This document shows, piece by piece, positions 1-10,450 of a stretch of 64,000 nt of DNA (the stretch's first letter is position 1; the number at the start of each line of letters is the position of its first letter). A program made the translations under genes and the position numbers. The stretch spans positions 32,001-96,000 of the forward strand of contig CBDDBZ010000035.1 of the NCBI GenBank assembly GCA_965225945.1. Direction: 5' to 3'. The DNA is from Alphaproteobacteria bacterium. Lineage in GTDB: Bacteria > Pseudomonadota > Alphaproteobacteria > GCA-2731375. The notes beneath the pieces are model-generated. The model had not been told where the DNA came from and searched no databases. It saw only the letters and a program-made list of their open reading frames with translations.

Positions 1-189
1 CTGTTCCACCTCGTCAGCCGGCTCTACGAGCGCACCTCGATCATCGTCACCACCAACCTGACCTTCGGCGAATGGCCGTCCGTCTTCGGCGACGCCAAGA
101 TGACCACCGCGCTCCTCGATCGTCTGACGCACCACTGCGAGATCATCGAGACCGGAAACGACTCCTGGCGCTTCAAGAATCGGTCCTAA
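1..189 (+). CDS. istB: IS21 helper ATPase IstB, C-terminal part (5' end outside window)
   Basis: Frame +1 reads [62 protein letters not shown], a typical IstB C-terminus. Confidence 0.9.
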   Translation: MFHLVSRLYERTSIIVTTNLTFGEWPSVFGDAKMTTALLDRLTHHCEIIETGNDSWRFKNRS

Positions 190-339
190 AGGCAACCGAT
201 CCACCTGCCGCCCGGTCACCCAGGTGGGCCCACAGGAACCTCCCACGCGCGGTCCGCCGCCAGCCGCGTGGTGGGCGCGTCGGCCCGCGCGCGGGCCCCT
301 CCTATGGACTACCTGTACGACCTCCGCCGTGCATCCCCA

Positions 340-392
340 AAGGGGTCAACATTGCACGCCGATAGGGGGTCAATGTTCAACGCCGATTGACA
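340..392 (+). repeat. IS21 right end with subterminal repeats
   Basis: Two GGGGTCAA...ACGCCGAT units ending in TTGACA at 392; similar to the IS21 end at 8668-8730. Confidence 0.8.
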
Positions 393-554
393 ATTGATCA
401 TCAGCGTGCTCCGGTAGGGTCTGGCTGCGAGACCAACCTGACCGGAGAGAACACCGACTGCTATGCCAGAGTAGTTCAATAGTTCACTTGACTTGGCTTT
501 GCCCCCGTTAGGCGGTCCATGTCCCAATAAGAGAGATTGATCAGGGTGAAAAGT

Positions 555-881
555 ATGACAAGAACGGTTTTTCGAGCAATCGTGGCCTGCGGTGTATTGT
601 TGTCGTCGGCATGTGCGACCCCGGATGTCGTTTCGGTTCGACAGATTGGCGACGACAAATTGAATTGCGAGCAGATCAAGGAACAGTTTGCTGACGCGCA
701 GGAATTCGAAAAGAAGGCCAGGAGAGAGAAAGGCGTAACGGGGACTAATGTCGCGGCAGCATTGTTTTTCTGGCCCGCCTTGCTGGCGACGTACACGAAC
801 ATTGAAGAAGCGACGACAGCCGCGAAGGATCGGCAAATCCATCTCCAAAAAAAAGCCCAGAAAATGGGATGCTCTCTCTGA
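555..881 (+). CDS. Small putative lipoprotein
   Basis: Basic N-terminus, hydrophobic stretch, lipobox-like LSSA-C; C-terminal GCSL. Confidence 0.7.
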   Translation: MTRTVFRAIVACGVLLSSACATPDVVSVRQIGDDKLNCEQIKEQFADAQEFEKKARREKGVTGTNVAAALFFWPALLATYTNIEEATTAAKDRQIHLQKKAQKMGCSL

Positions 882-1824
882 GAGTCCGACTCGAAATGAA
901 TCGAGTGTTTTCAGGCTCTTGCGAGGCGGCGCGTGAGGAGCTGGATGCTGGCGAGGAAGATCCAGGCCTCGGCGGTCTCGATGGCCGTCTCGAAGTCCTT
1001 GGCCAGCCGCCGGTTTCGATTGAGCCAGGCGAGCGTGCGCTCGACGACCCATCGGCGGGGCAGGAGTTGGAAGCCCTTCACGCCCGCGGGACGGTTGACG
1101 ATTTACAGCGACCAGCGGCCGATCCGCTTCAGTGCGCCCTCGAGCTTGGGCCCGGCATAGGCGCCGTCGGCGAAGACGTGGCGCAGGCGGGGAAAGTGGC
1201 GGGGGGATGGCGGCGAACACCGCCGGCGCGCCGTCGCGGTCCTGGATGTCGGCGCCGTGGACCACGACCGCGACCAGCAGGCCGCCGGTGTCGGTGAGGA
1301 TGTGACGCTTGCGGCCCTTGACTTTCTTTCCGGCGTCGAAGCCCCGGATACCGCCGCTTTCCGTGGTTTTTACGCTCTGACTGTCGATGATACCGGCCGA
1401 CGGGCCGGCCGCGCGGCCCTCGGCCTCGCGCGCCGCGACCAGCAGTTGCCGGTTGACCTCGGACCAGGTGCCGTCGTCCCGCCAGAGATAAAAGTAGCGC
1501 TGCACCGTCGAGCGTGGCGGGAAGTCCCGGGGCAGCATGCGCCATGGACAGCCGCTACGCAGTAGGTAGGGGATCAGGTAGGGGATCGCGTTCACCACCT
1601 CGCGCAATGCCGTCGTCCGAGGCCGTCCCAGCGCTTTGGCGCGAGGCAGCAACGGCTCCAGCACCTTCCATTCTCCATCCGTCAGGTCGCTTGCGTAGCG
1701 CAGCAGGTCGCGTTCATACTTCGGGCGAGTGATTTTGGTCCACATGTTGTGTCTCCCTGGTTGCTAAATACAAACAGTGAATCACAACTGACTGAAATCA
1801 CTCAACTCTTTTCGGGCCAGACAC
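882..1824 (-). mobile_element. IS5-family element with frameshifted transposase (start 1745)
   Basis: YASDLTDGEW, CPWRMLPRDFPP, IIDSQSVKT, GKKVKGRKRH motifs; frameshift near the G-run at ~1201; 12-bp in-frame duplication 1564-1587; imperfect IRs GAGTCCGACTCGAAA / TTTCGGGCCAGACAC; flanks TGA and TAA. Confidence 0.85.
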
Positions 1825-1866
1825 TAAGGATTTGGAACAACGAACGGCACCAACCCTCACCTCGCG

Positions 1867-2466
1867 TTGCTTCACCATAGCGAGGTGCCCGCAGGGCTCC
1901 TGGATGAGTTTTGCACCAGTGTGAGCGTCGACTCTCTCAGATTCGAGAGAGTCTCTCGACCTGAACCAAGCCCGCAGATGGGCATCGAATGGCTTGCCTT
2001 TCCGGCTATAGCGGTATTCCTGCTGAAACCTTATTTCGACAGCTTTATGAAGGAGGCAGGAAAGGACCATTACCACGTTCTCAAGAGGGCCTTGAAAGCG
2101 CTTTGGGGGCAATTACCCTCGAAGGATCAAGAATTTCGGGTCGCAATCGTAACTGCATCAAGCGTGAAGAAGCTTGAGTACTCCATGCTGTTCGCAATAT
2201 ACGCAGCATTTGACGATGGAAAGCTGCTAAAACTTCTGATTCCCGAAGAGTGTTCGGAAGAGGAATATTCCGCGAGCATAGAAGCATTCCTAGATTTCGT
2301 TGAGTCATATCACGCCGGAAAATCAAAAAACAAAATTGCAATCAATCTGAACTCCGAAAGAGGAAGCGGAAATATTACTCTTGTTGCTTACGACGAAAAG
2401 AGTAAGTCTCTACGAAATGTTCGTATAAAGTCTGGTTCAAGTGGCGGCAAGAATGATGATGGCTAG
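1867..2466 (+). CDS. Low-GC hypothetical protein, possibly 5'-truncated by IS5
   Basis: 199-aa ORF, AT-rich relative to host, one short hydrophobic segment; no motif recognised. Confidence 0.6.
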   Translation: MLHHSEVPAGLLDEFCTSVSVDSLRFERVSRPEPSPQMGIEWLAFPAIAVFLLKPYFDSFMKEAGKDHYHVLKRALKALWGQLPSKDQEFRVAIVTASSVKKLEYSMLFAIYAAFDDGKLLKLLIPEECSEEEYSASIEAFLDFVESYHAGKSKNKIAINLNSERGSGNITLVAYDEKSKSLRNVRIKSGSSGGKNDDG

Positions 2467-2543
2467 AAGGTCTACATCAAAAAATTTCTGATGTACGACC
2501 ATTGAGGGGATATACCTGCTTCCTGTAGTTCATATCCATTTAG

Positions 2544-3621
2544 CGTCCCTATCTGGTTAAAGCAGGATGGGCTCCGAATGTTCTTGATATGTTCTCCATA
2601 GAGGTGTAGGCTGATCGCATCGGCTGGAGCTTTTGGAGGACTATTCGATGAGCGGGATATTGGAGTTCCTCGAACGCCATGGATCGGAGGCGGACTGCAT
2701 CGAGGCGCTGGCTCGGCTGCGCTGGCCGCAAGGCTACGTCTGGGCGCGTTGCGGCGAGAGGCGGAACTACCAATTGAAGACGCGGCCGCGGGTCTTCGAA
2801 TGCGCCGGTTGCGGCCATCAGGAATCGGTGACCGCGGGCACGGTCTTCCACCGCACCCGCACACCGTTGCGCAAATGGTTCCTGGCGGCGTGGTGGATGG
2901 GGCGCGACAAGCGCGGGGTCTCGGCGCTGTTTCTGTCGCGAGAGTTGAGCCTGCGCTACGACACCGCCTGGCTGATGGCCCACAAGCTGCGCCATGCCCT
3001 GACGGAGCGCCCGGAGTTCCCGCTGGAGGGCTTGGTCGAGGTCGACGAGAGCTATTACGGCGGGCGGGGCAAGCCGGAGAGCCGGGGGCGCGGGCTTTCC
3101 AACCCGAACAAGAGCCTGTTGGTGATGGCGGTCGAGAAGTGGCCGGTCGGGTCGGGCAAGGGCATCAAGGGGAGCGGCTTCGCCGCCGGCGCCGCGCGGC
3201 TCGCCATCCTGCCCGAGGCCACCGCCCGTGAGTTGGGCGACTTCGTGCGCGCCTCGGTGAAGCCGGGAAGCCGCCTCGACAGCGACGCTTTCAAGAGTTA
3301 CGCCAAGCTTGGCGATACTTATCGCCACCAGCCCGTCGTTCAAGGCCAAGGCAAGAACGCCGAGCAGCTCATGCCGGTCGTCCATGTCCTGTTTTCCAAC
3401 GTGAAGACGTGGCTCAACGGAACCTACCACGGGGTGAGCGCCAAGCATTTGCCGCGCTACGTCCGGGAATGGAACTACCGCTTCAACCGGCGCAAACGCA
3501 TCTTCGACCTTGCCGATTTCGTGTTGCACCGCGCCATGACCCGACCGACCATCACCTACAGGGAACTGGTCGACGGTATACAATCGCAGGGAGCGCTGCC
3601 TGCCTTAACCGGATAGGGACG
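2544..3621 (+). mobile_element. IS1595-family element
   Basis: IRs CGTCCCTATCTGGTTAAAGCAGG / CCTGCCTTAACCGGATAGGGACG; 8-bp target duplication CCATTTAG at 2536-2543 and 3622-3629. Confidence 0.93.
2633..3616 (+). CDS. IS1595-family transposase
   Basis: Zn ribbon (first Cys replaced by Trp), VEVDESY, SD, KHLPRYVREWNYRFNRR. Confidence 0.92.
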   Translation: MEDYSMSGILEFLERHGSEADCIEALARLRWPQGYVWARCGERRNYQLKTRPRVFECAGCGHQESVTAGTVFHRTRTPLRKWFLAAWWMGRDKRGVSALFLSRELSLRYDTAWLMAHKLRHALTERPEFPLEGLVEVDESYYGGRGKPESRGRGLSNPNKSLLVMAVEKWPVGSGKGIKGSGFAAGAARLAILPEATARELGDFVRASVKPGSRLDSDAFKSYAKLGDTYRHQPVVQGQGKNAEQLMPVVHVLFSNVKTWLNGTYHGVSAKHLPRYVREWNYRFNRRKRIFDLADFVLHRAMTRPTITYRELVDGIQSQGALPALTG

Positions 3622-3644
3622 CCATTTAGAGTCGATGGCTACAA

Positions 3645-4108
3645 TTCTCTCATGCTCATGTTTTCGATCGCAAAAATCTCGTCCTTTCTGAGTAATATAA
3701 ATCGGCGTGACGGTTTTGCCCAGGCCAAAGCCAGCATCTCGATTTCGATTGGTGAAATGGTCAACCAGACACAGTCGAGCTACGCTCCCGCTTGTGGCAT
3801 TCAATATAGCCGGCCTCCAGTATTCGTCCTAAAAGAATGCGCATAAATGATGGCCACAATGTGGGTTTCTCGGGTACGCCCAGCGCTCGCATTTATACGC
3901 TTCAAAAATTCTCTCATGCTCATGTTTTCGATAAAATCTCGTCCTTTCTGAGTAATATAAATGTGATCTGGTGAAATGGTCAAACCAGACACAGTCGAGC
4001 TACGCTCCCGCTTGTGGCATTCAATATAGCCGGCCTCCAGTATTCGTCCTAAAAGAATCGCATAAAAGCCACAATGTGGGTTTCTCGGGTTCGCATTTAT
4101 ACGCTTCT
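3645..4108. repeat. Degenerate tandem duplication of the 3' part of the HNH gene
   Basis: ~3645-3903 and ~3908-4108 share long identical blocks; the first copy carries extra short inserts. Confidence 0.85.
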
Positions 4109-4407
4109 ACGTCAAGCTCCAACTGTGAGAACTTGTCGTGAATGAAGCGCAAATTTGCCTTATAAAGAGTTAAACTCTTGCGATCAATATCTCCTCGATC
4201 AGCGCGACGATGACAGTTGGGACATAGTGCAATAAGGTTTTCGTATTTGTGCTCTCGGCAAATCGTCCAAGGAACAATGTGATGTATGTCAATTTCGATA
4301 TGGCGACAGGTGGGTATGGCGCAGCGATGGCCAGCTTCGACCAAAACGCGGCGTCTGGTTTCCGCCGGAATTGGTGGTCGGGGTTCGGTTTTCCCGCGTT
4401 TGGACAT
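3908..4407 (-). pseudogene. HNH endonuclease with frameshifted and duplicated C-terminus
   Basis: RCAIPTC...IHHIVPW...NLIALCPNCHRRAD; after a shift near 4060 another frame continues GRILEAGYIECH...IYITQKGRDFIEN. Confidence 0.8.
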
Positions 4408-4437
4408 TGAAGTCTTCGACCACGTTAGAGGTGCGAG

Positions 4438-5345
4438 TCACTGGGACAGTGTATGCCGCATCCGCATCTGCACTGCAATGATTCGGCCGACTTGCTCCGC
4501 CGCCTCGACCAGGTGCCCATCTGCAAGGTGGGCGTAGCCGGCGGTCGTGCGGTGGCGGCGGTGCCCGAGCAGCTTACCGACCAGTGGCAGGTTTTCGCCC
4601 GCCATGACCGCCTGGCTGGCCGCCGTGTGGCGCAAGTCGTGCAGGCGGAGCCTACCGAGCTTCGCATCCGCGCAGGCCGTTCGCCAACAGTTCGTGAGAA
4701 CCCAGAGACCCCTGCCTTCGGCATGGCGCGGAAACAGGAACGCGTCCGGGTCTCGGGGACCGGGCAGCGCCTCGATCAGCGCCCGCGCGGCTTCGCCAAG
4801 CGGCCCGGCGCGCGGGCCGGTCTTCGAATCGCGGAGGCGGATCGCGTCCTCGCCGATATCGCGCCAGCGCAGATTGAGCACTTCGCTGCGGCGGCAGCCG
4901 GTGAGGGCCAGCAGGCGGATCGCCGCGACGGCCTCGGGCCAGCGAGTCTCGTGCGTGTCGAGCGCGCGCCCGAGCCGGGCCAGCTCATCGGCGTCGAGGA
5001 ACCGGGCGACCTGCTTCCTCGGGTTCTTCGTAATGCCGAGACAGGGGTTGGTGTCCCGCTCGCGCCAGCCCCACTCCTCGGCCCGGAACATCATCGCGCG
5101 CAGTATCTCGAAAGCGCGGTTGGCCGCGCCGGGCTTGTCCTTGCTGGCCGCATCGAACCACGCGGCCACGTCCTCGGGGCCGATGCGGTCGAGCGGCACC
5201 CTGCCGAACGCGGGCAGAATGCGGGCCTTGAGATAGATGCGCATGGTCCTGCGCCCGGAGGGCTTCCAGTGCGGTTCGCAGCGGCGCAGATACTCGTCCG
5301 CGAACTCCCGCAACGTCGGGGTCTCTTTCTCCCGCTGGATGTCGT
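4438..5345 (-). pseudogene. Tyrosine recombinase/integrase, N-terminally truncated
   Basis: TGCRRSE, HDLRH, LLGH and GYAH catalytic motifs; arm-binding N-terminus missing. Confidence 0.85.
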
Positions 5346-5434
5346 CTGGCCGACCGCGGCGGCGCCACGACGATCATGACAACCAACTTCGATCTCTTGC
5401 TTGAGGCTGCCGCCAAGCGCCTTCGTGTGCCAGT
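5346..5434 (+). pseudogene. SIR2-like gene fragment
   Basis: Reads LADRGGATTIMTTNFDLLLEAAAKRLRVP; TTNFDxLLE is the sirtuin-like SIR2_2 signature. Confidence 0.55.
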
Positions 5435-5459
5435 TGTCAAACGGCTTTCAATATTGACC
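5435..5459 (+). repeat. Orphan IS21-type terminal repeat
   Basis: TGTCAAACGGCTTTCAATATTGACC resembles the reverse complement of 366-392. Confidence 0.55.
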
Positions 5460-5615
5460 GACGAACGGCCGAAAACGGCTATTCGTGACAATGGGCCGCT
5501 CCAAGGCAGGATTTTGTCACGACGGCAGGGTCGAGCAGGGGAAGGTGGGAACGCTCCGCACCGCCAGAAGCGCTACGATGCCGTGTCTTGAAACCCAACA
5601 TCGGGAGCATCTCCC

Positions 5616-6539
5616 ATGGCAGTATCCCCGCCTCCGGCGCCTTCGTCCATCGATCTTTCCGGCCTGCCTCCTCGGGTCGTCGAGGCGGCCGCCCGGGTGC
5701 TCGCACTGTGTCGCGAGGAGCTTCGTTCCGAGCCGCGCCCCGAGGCGCCCGAGGAGGTCGAGTTGCGGGTGCGTGAGGCCACGAACGAGTTCGCTCGCGA
5801 TGTCATGGGCGCCGTCATCGAGAACCGGGACGATGGCGCTTCCCGGATCGAGCGGGACGGGCAGAGCTGGTTCCGGGTCGCGGTGACGCCGAAGACGATC
5901 ATGACCTCGCTCGGTCCGGTGACCTACCGGCGAGCGCGTTACCGCAGCGGCGCGAGCGGGGCATCGCCGGTGCCGGTCGACGAGAGCCTGGGCCTCGTCG
6001 ACGATTACCTGACGCGGCCGGCGGCCGAGCTCGGTCTGCTGATGATGGGTCACTGCACGGCCCGGGAAGCGGCGGCGTTCTTTGCGAAGACCGGCGCCAT
6101 GACGCCGTCGGTGAGCACCCTGCAGCGCCTGACCCTGAGCATGCACGAATGCTGGGAGAGCCTCGGCCCGGAGACGCTGGGCAGCATCCGTGAGGCCGAG
6201 GGCATACCGCAGGACGCGACCACCGCCTCGGTCTCCCTCGACGGCGTCATGGTGCCGCTGAGACCCGGCGAGGACGGTCGCGCCAAGGCCTCCTGGCGCG
6301 AGGCCGCCTGCGGCACGGTCTCCTTCCACGACGCCGAGGGCAAGCGCCTGAAGACCCTCTATCTCGGCCGCATGCCGGAGAGCGGCAAGCTCACGCTGAA
6401 GGCGCAGCTTGCAAGCGAAGTCGCACACATCAGGCGAGCACGCCCCGAGATCGGGATCGTCGCTATCGCCGATGGCGCCGCCGACAACTGGACCTTCCTG
6501 GAGACCCTGTCGCCCGAAACCGAGGTGATCGACTTCTGG
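5616..6539 (+). pseudogene. ISKra4/ISLre2-like (mutator-type) transposase, 3'-truncated
   Basis: SLDGVMVP, WREAACG, IADGAADNW, VIDFW; then fuses abruptly to antisense istB. Confidence 0.7.
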
Positions 6540-7113
6540 GTGGAAGAGCAGCTGCCCGCCGGCCTGGGCGAAGGGCGATGCCGGTAGCCGAGTTCGTCGA
6601 GGATGACGAAGTCGCGGCGTACGAGCTGGCATCGCGCGGTGCGGCCCTGGCGTCCGGCGCGGAGCTCGGCCTCGAGGTGGTTGACCAGGTCGACGACGTT
6701 GTAGCAGCGGCCCCGGGCGCCCTTGCGGATGCAGGAGCGCGCGATGGCGACGGCGAGATGGGTCTTGCCGGTGCCGGTGCCGCCGACCAGCACGATGTTG
6801 CGCTGCCGCCGACCAGCACGATGCCCTCCAGGAAGCCGCCGCCGGCGAGCTCCTGGATCAGGGGCTCGTTGACTGGCGAGGCGGCGAAGTCGAAGTCGGC
6901 CAGCTCCTTGGCCGTTGGCAACCTGGCGGACGCAATCTGGTACTTGATCGAGCGCGCCGTCTTGTCGGCGATCTCGACCTGCAGCAGCGTACCGATGATC
7001 TGCCGCACCGGATGGCGGCGCTTGAGCCCGTCGGCGAGGATATCGTCGTAGGCGGCGCGCATGCCCGCGAGCTTCAGCGCCGTCATCATCGCCAGCACCT
7101 CATGACGCTCCAT
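6540..7113 (-). pseudogene. istB: IS21 IstB, frameshifted and truncated
   Basis: Walker A GGTGTGKT, Walker B ILDELGY; 17-bp duplication at ~6780-6823 shifts the frame; ends at GGQLLFH. Confidence 0.85.
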
Positions 7114-8614
7114 GACCGGCCTCCCTCAGGCGATCGTAGCGCTGACAGTCGGCCACCGGCCGGTGGCGAAGCCGCGGGCCCTCGGGCGTCGGGATGGTCG
7201 CCGGCGGTGCCGGCTGGCACTGCCGGGCGAGGATGTTGAGCACGACGTCGGCGCTGCGGGCGCCGCAGTCGAGCGCCTCGGCACGGGCCGCCTCGACCGC
7301 CTCCAGTCCGTCCTCCTGAACCGCCGCGAGGATCCTCACGAACTGCCTGTCACCGTCGTCGCAACCCGTCAGCCGGGCCCGTATGCGGCCGAGCGCGCCG
7401 GGCAGTTGCCAGCCCTTGAAGGGCGCGCCGTTCCTCAGCGCACCAGGCTTCCGCGTCAGGATCGGCACGTAGTGCCACGGATCGTAGGCGATCTCGCCGC
7501 GCCCGAAGCTCCGGGGATGCTCGGCGACGGTCTCGCCGTCCTGGCGGATGACGATCCGATCGGCGTAGGCCCGCACGTCGACCGGCCGCCCGACGGCACG
7601 GGCGGCGACGCTGTAGTGGTTGTTGTCGAAGCGCACCAGACAGGTCTTGGACACCGCCACCTCGGTGGCGTGGAAGCCGTCGAAGGGGCCGCGATAGGCC
7701 ATCAAGAAGGGCCGCTCCTCCTCGAACACCTGCCACACCGTCTTGCTCTCGATCGTCGGATGCGGCCGCTTCTTGGCGTCCTCGATACACCGATCCATCA
7801 GCCACTCGTTGATCTCGACGTGGGAGCGGCCCCGCGGGATGGGCACGAACAGGCGGCCGCGGATGTCACCCACCTGCCTCTCGACCTGCCCCTTCTCCCA
7901 GCCCGCACCCGGAGTGCACGCCACCGGCTCCACCAGATGGTGGGAGCACAGCTCCAGAAAGCGCCGGTTGTAGGCGCCCTCCTTGCCGACGAAGACCATG
8001 CTCACCGCCGTCTTCATGTTGTCGTGGATGCCCCGTCGGCAGACCCCGCCGAAGAAGTGGAAGGCCCGTTCGTGCGCCTCGAACACCATCTCCTGGCTCT
8101 CGCGCGGGAAGATCTGAACCAGCTGCATGCGGCTGTAGCAGAGCCGCATGTGCGCCGCCTTCACCTTGGTCGTCACACCCGACAGGCGCGCGTACTCGTG
8201 GCTCCAGTCGAACTGGTAGGCCTCGCCGGGATCGAAGCTCAGCGGCACAAAACCCTGCGACGGCGACAACAGCCGCCACCGCCGACGCCAGGTCCTGGCG
8301 TAGCGGCGCACTGCGTCGTAGCCGCCGCCATAGCCCAGAGCCGCAAGGTCTTCATGAATCCGCAGCAGAGACAGCCGATCCCGGCGCGGCTTCTTCTCGT
8401 TGGCCTCCAGCTGGCGCTCGAGCTCATCCACCCACGGTCCAAGCTTCGGCATCGGCTGGATCTTGCGCGCGTAGCTGTACGAGGTCTCATCGCCCCGCAC
8501 CACCTTGCGCACCGTGTTCTTCGAAACCCTCAAATCCCGGGCGATCTTCTTGATCGGAACGCCCCTCACCAGATGATCCCGACGGATCCGTGCGATCGTT
8601 TCCACTACCAGCAT
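7100..8614 (-). CDS. istA: IS21 transposase IstA
   Basis: N-terminal HTH, PGEAYQFDW, DNMKTAV, WEKGQVE; overlaps istB start. Confidence 0.93.
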   Translation of the reverse strand: MLVVETIARIRRDHLVRGVPIKKIARDLRVSKNTVRKVVRGDETSYSYARKIQPMPKLGPWVDELERQLEANEKKPRRDRLSLLRIHEDLAALGYGGGYDAVRRYARTWRRRWRLLSPSQGFVPLSFDPGEAYQFDWSHEYARLSGVTTKVKAAHMRLCYSRMQLVQIFPRESQEMVFEAHERAFHFFGGVCRRGIHDNMKTAVSMVFVGKEGAYNRRFLELCSHHLVEPVACTPGAGWEKGQVERQVGDIRGRLFVPIPRGRSHVEINEWLMDRCIEDAKKRPHPTIESKTVWQVFEEERPFLMAYRGPFDGFHATEVAVSKTCLVRFDNNHYSVAARAVGRPVDVRAYADRIVIRQDGETVAEHPRSFGRGEIAYDPWHYVPILTRKPGALRNGAPFKGWQLPGALGRIRARLTGCDDGDRQFVRILAAVQEDGLEAVEAARAEALDCGARSADVVLNILARQCQPAPPATIPTPEGPRLRHRPVADCQRYDRLREAGHGAS

Positions 8615-8667
8615 CTCCCCCACCTCGTCTGTGCAAACAACGAGGTGTGTTAAAAATCACAAAACCA

Positions 8668-8730
8668 GGGGGGTCAATTTTGGACGCCGATTACCCCACC
8701 AAGGGGGTCAATATTCCACGCCGATCAACA
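8668..8730 (-). repeat. IS21 left end with subterminal repeats
   Basis: Two GGGGGTCAA...ACGCCGAT units ending in TCAACA at 8730. Confidence 0.8.
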
Positions 8731-8872
8731 ATCGGGCACCGCAAGTCAATCCTCGTCACCTTTATCCAAGGCGGGAATCCCAGGAACCGGGGGAACTCCG
8801 GGAACTCCGGGAACTTCGGGGACTCCAAACTCCCTTTTCACCAGTTCGTCTAGCGCTTCCTGATCGCTATCG

Positions 8873-10253
8873 GAGCTATACCCGAAAGTTGGTGATGGGA
8901 TGAGATGAGGGCGGCGTATCCTGGCGATGTTGGAGTCGCTATTTTCCACGAAGGAGGGATACGCCATGAGAGAGGATACAATCGTCCAGTTTCGCCAACC
9001 AGGATCATTTGAGGACGATCCGCTGACGGAGGTTTTGCGTCTTGGTGCGCGGCGTTTACTTGGGCAAGCGGTGGAGGCGGAAGTTGCCGGTTTTGTCGAG
9101 GCGTATGCGCATCTGACGGACTCGGCCGGCCGCCGTCGGATCGTACGCCACGGGCATTTGCCGGAGCGCGAGATCCAGACCGGCATTGGTCCGGTTGCGG
9201 TGCGCTGTCCCAGGGTGCGCGACCGAGGCGCCGGCGAGACGGGGCCGCGGATTCGCTTCACCTCACGGATCTTGCCTCCCTATCTCAGGCGCGCCAAGTC
9301 GATCGAGGAACTCCTGCCCTGGCTTTATCTGAAGGGCATCTCCACGGGCGATTTCTGCGAGGCGCTTGCGGCGCTCTTGGGGCCCGAGGCGCCGGGGCTC
9401 TCGGCCTCGACCATTGCCCGCCTCAAGGAGGTCTGGCAAGGCGAGCTGGAGCATTGGCAACGGCGCGATCTCTCGGCCAAGCGTCATGTCTACTTCTGGG
9501 CCGACGGCGTCTACTTCTCACCACGGCTCGACCATGACAAGCAATGCATGTGCGTGATCATCGGTGCTGACGAGCTGGGCCGCAAGGAGCGGCTGGCGAT
9601 CGCCGACGGCTACCGGGAGAGCGCCCAGTCCTGGCGCGAAGTGCTGCTCGATCTCAAGCGCCGCGGCCTGGCGATTGCGCCCGAGCTGGCCACCGGCGAC
9701 GGGGCGCTCGGTTTCTGGAAAGCCTTGCGCGAGGTCTACGGGACGACGCGCGAGCAGCGCTATTGGGTGCACAAGACCGCCAACGTGCTCAACAAGCTCC
9801 CGAAGTCCGTCCAGCCACGCGCCAAGCAGCACCTACAGGACATCTGGATGGCCGAGACCCGCGCGGTGGCCGAGAAGGCCTTCGACTTCTTCCTCGAGGC
9901 CGATGGCCCCAAGTACGACAAAGCGGTGGCCTGCCTGGCCAAGGACCACGACGTGTTGCTCGCCTTCTACGACTTCCCGGCCGAGCACTGGAAGCACATT
10001 CGCACCACCAATCCCATCGAAAGCACCTTTGCGACCGTGCGCCTCAGTACCACCAAGACCAACGGCTGCCTCAGCCGCATGACGGCGCTCACCATGGTCT
10101 TCAAGCTGTGCCAGTCGGCCACCAAGAAGTGGCGCCGCCTGGACGGCCCGCACCAGATCGCCGACATCATTCAAGGCGTCAAATTCAAGGACGGAGAAAA
10201 GCTAACCGAACGCGCCGCCTGAAACCTGCGTCACTAACATTTGACAATAGCTC
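8873..10253 (+). mobile_element. IS256-family element
   Basis: IRs GAGCTATACCCGAAAGTTGGTGA / TCACTAACATTTGACAATAGCTC; 9-bp TSD TCGCTATCG at 8864-8872 and 10254-10262. Confidence 0.93.
8966..10222 (+). CDS. IS256 transposase
   Basis: WADGVY, GDGALGFW, RTTNPIES DDE motifs; QRYWVHK where QRCWVHK is usual. Confidence 0.92.
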   Translation: MREDTIVQFRQPGSFEDDPLTEVLRLGARRLLGQAVEAEVAGFVEAYAHLTDSAGRRRIVRHGHLPEREIQTGIGPVAVRCPRVRDRGAGETGPRIRFTSRILPPYLRRAKSIEELLPWLYLKGISTGDFCEALAALLGPEAPGLSASTIARLKEVWQGELEHWQRRDLSAKRHVYFWADGVYFSPRLDHDKQCMCVIIGADELGRKERLAIADGYRESAQSWREVLLDLKRRGLAIAPELATGDGALGFWKALREVYGTTREQRYWVHKTANVLNKLPKSVQPRAKQHLQDIWMAETRAVAEKAFDFFLEADGPKYDKAVACLAKDHDVLLAFYDFPAEHWKHIRTTNPIESTFATVRLSTTKTNGCLSRMTALTMVFKLCQSATKKWRRLDGPHQIADIIQGVKFKDGEKLTERAA

Positions 10254-10450
10254 TCGCTATCGCCGTTATCCTCCGATGGTGGTTTCGACCTGCTCATGTG
10301 GTTTTATCCGGTCAGAAGTGGGCCCGCTCCCAGAAAGTCCGCATTCACCCTCCGGTCGCAGGCCCATTCTAGCGTACGCGTCGACAGCCTCCCGCACCAC
10401 GCTTGGTGCCCAAATGCCGAGACGGGGTTCGGGGTCGACCTCGGTGCAAG

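Larger units (their letters stand above)
8746..10297 (-). pseudogene. 53-aa ORF with VPG repeats, split by IS256
   Basis: Removing the IS and one TSD copy gives MSRSKPPSEDNGDSDQEALDELVKREFGVPEVPGVPGVPPVPGIPALDKGDED* in one frame. Confidence 0.45.

Noticed and set aside
3645-4108. CRISPR array or DGR template/variable repeat pair
   Set aside because: There is no repeat-spacer periodicity, the differences are indels rather than A-specific substitutions, and no reverse transcriptase or cas gene is in the window.
1-6550. istB at the window start and istB ending at 6540 as two halves of one inverted gene (both break at LFH)
   Set aside because: The window edge is arbitrary and the codons differ (CTG vs CTC); this cannot be tested without upstream sequence.
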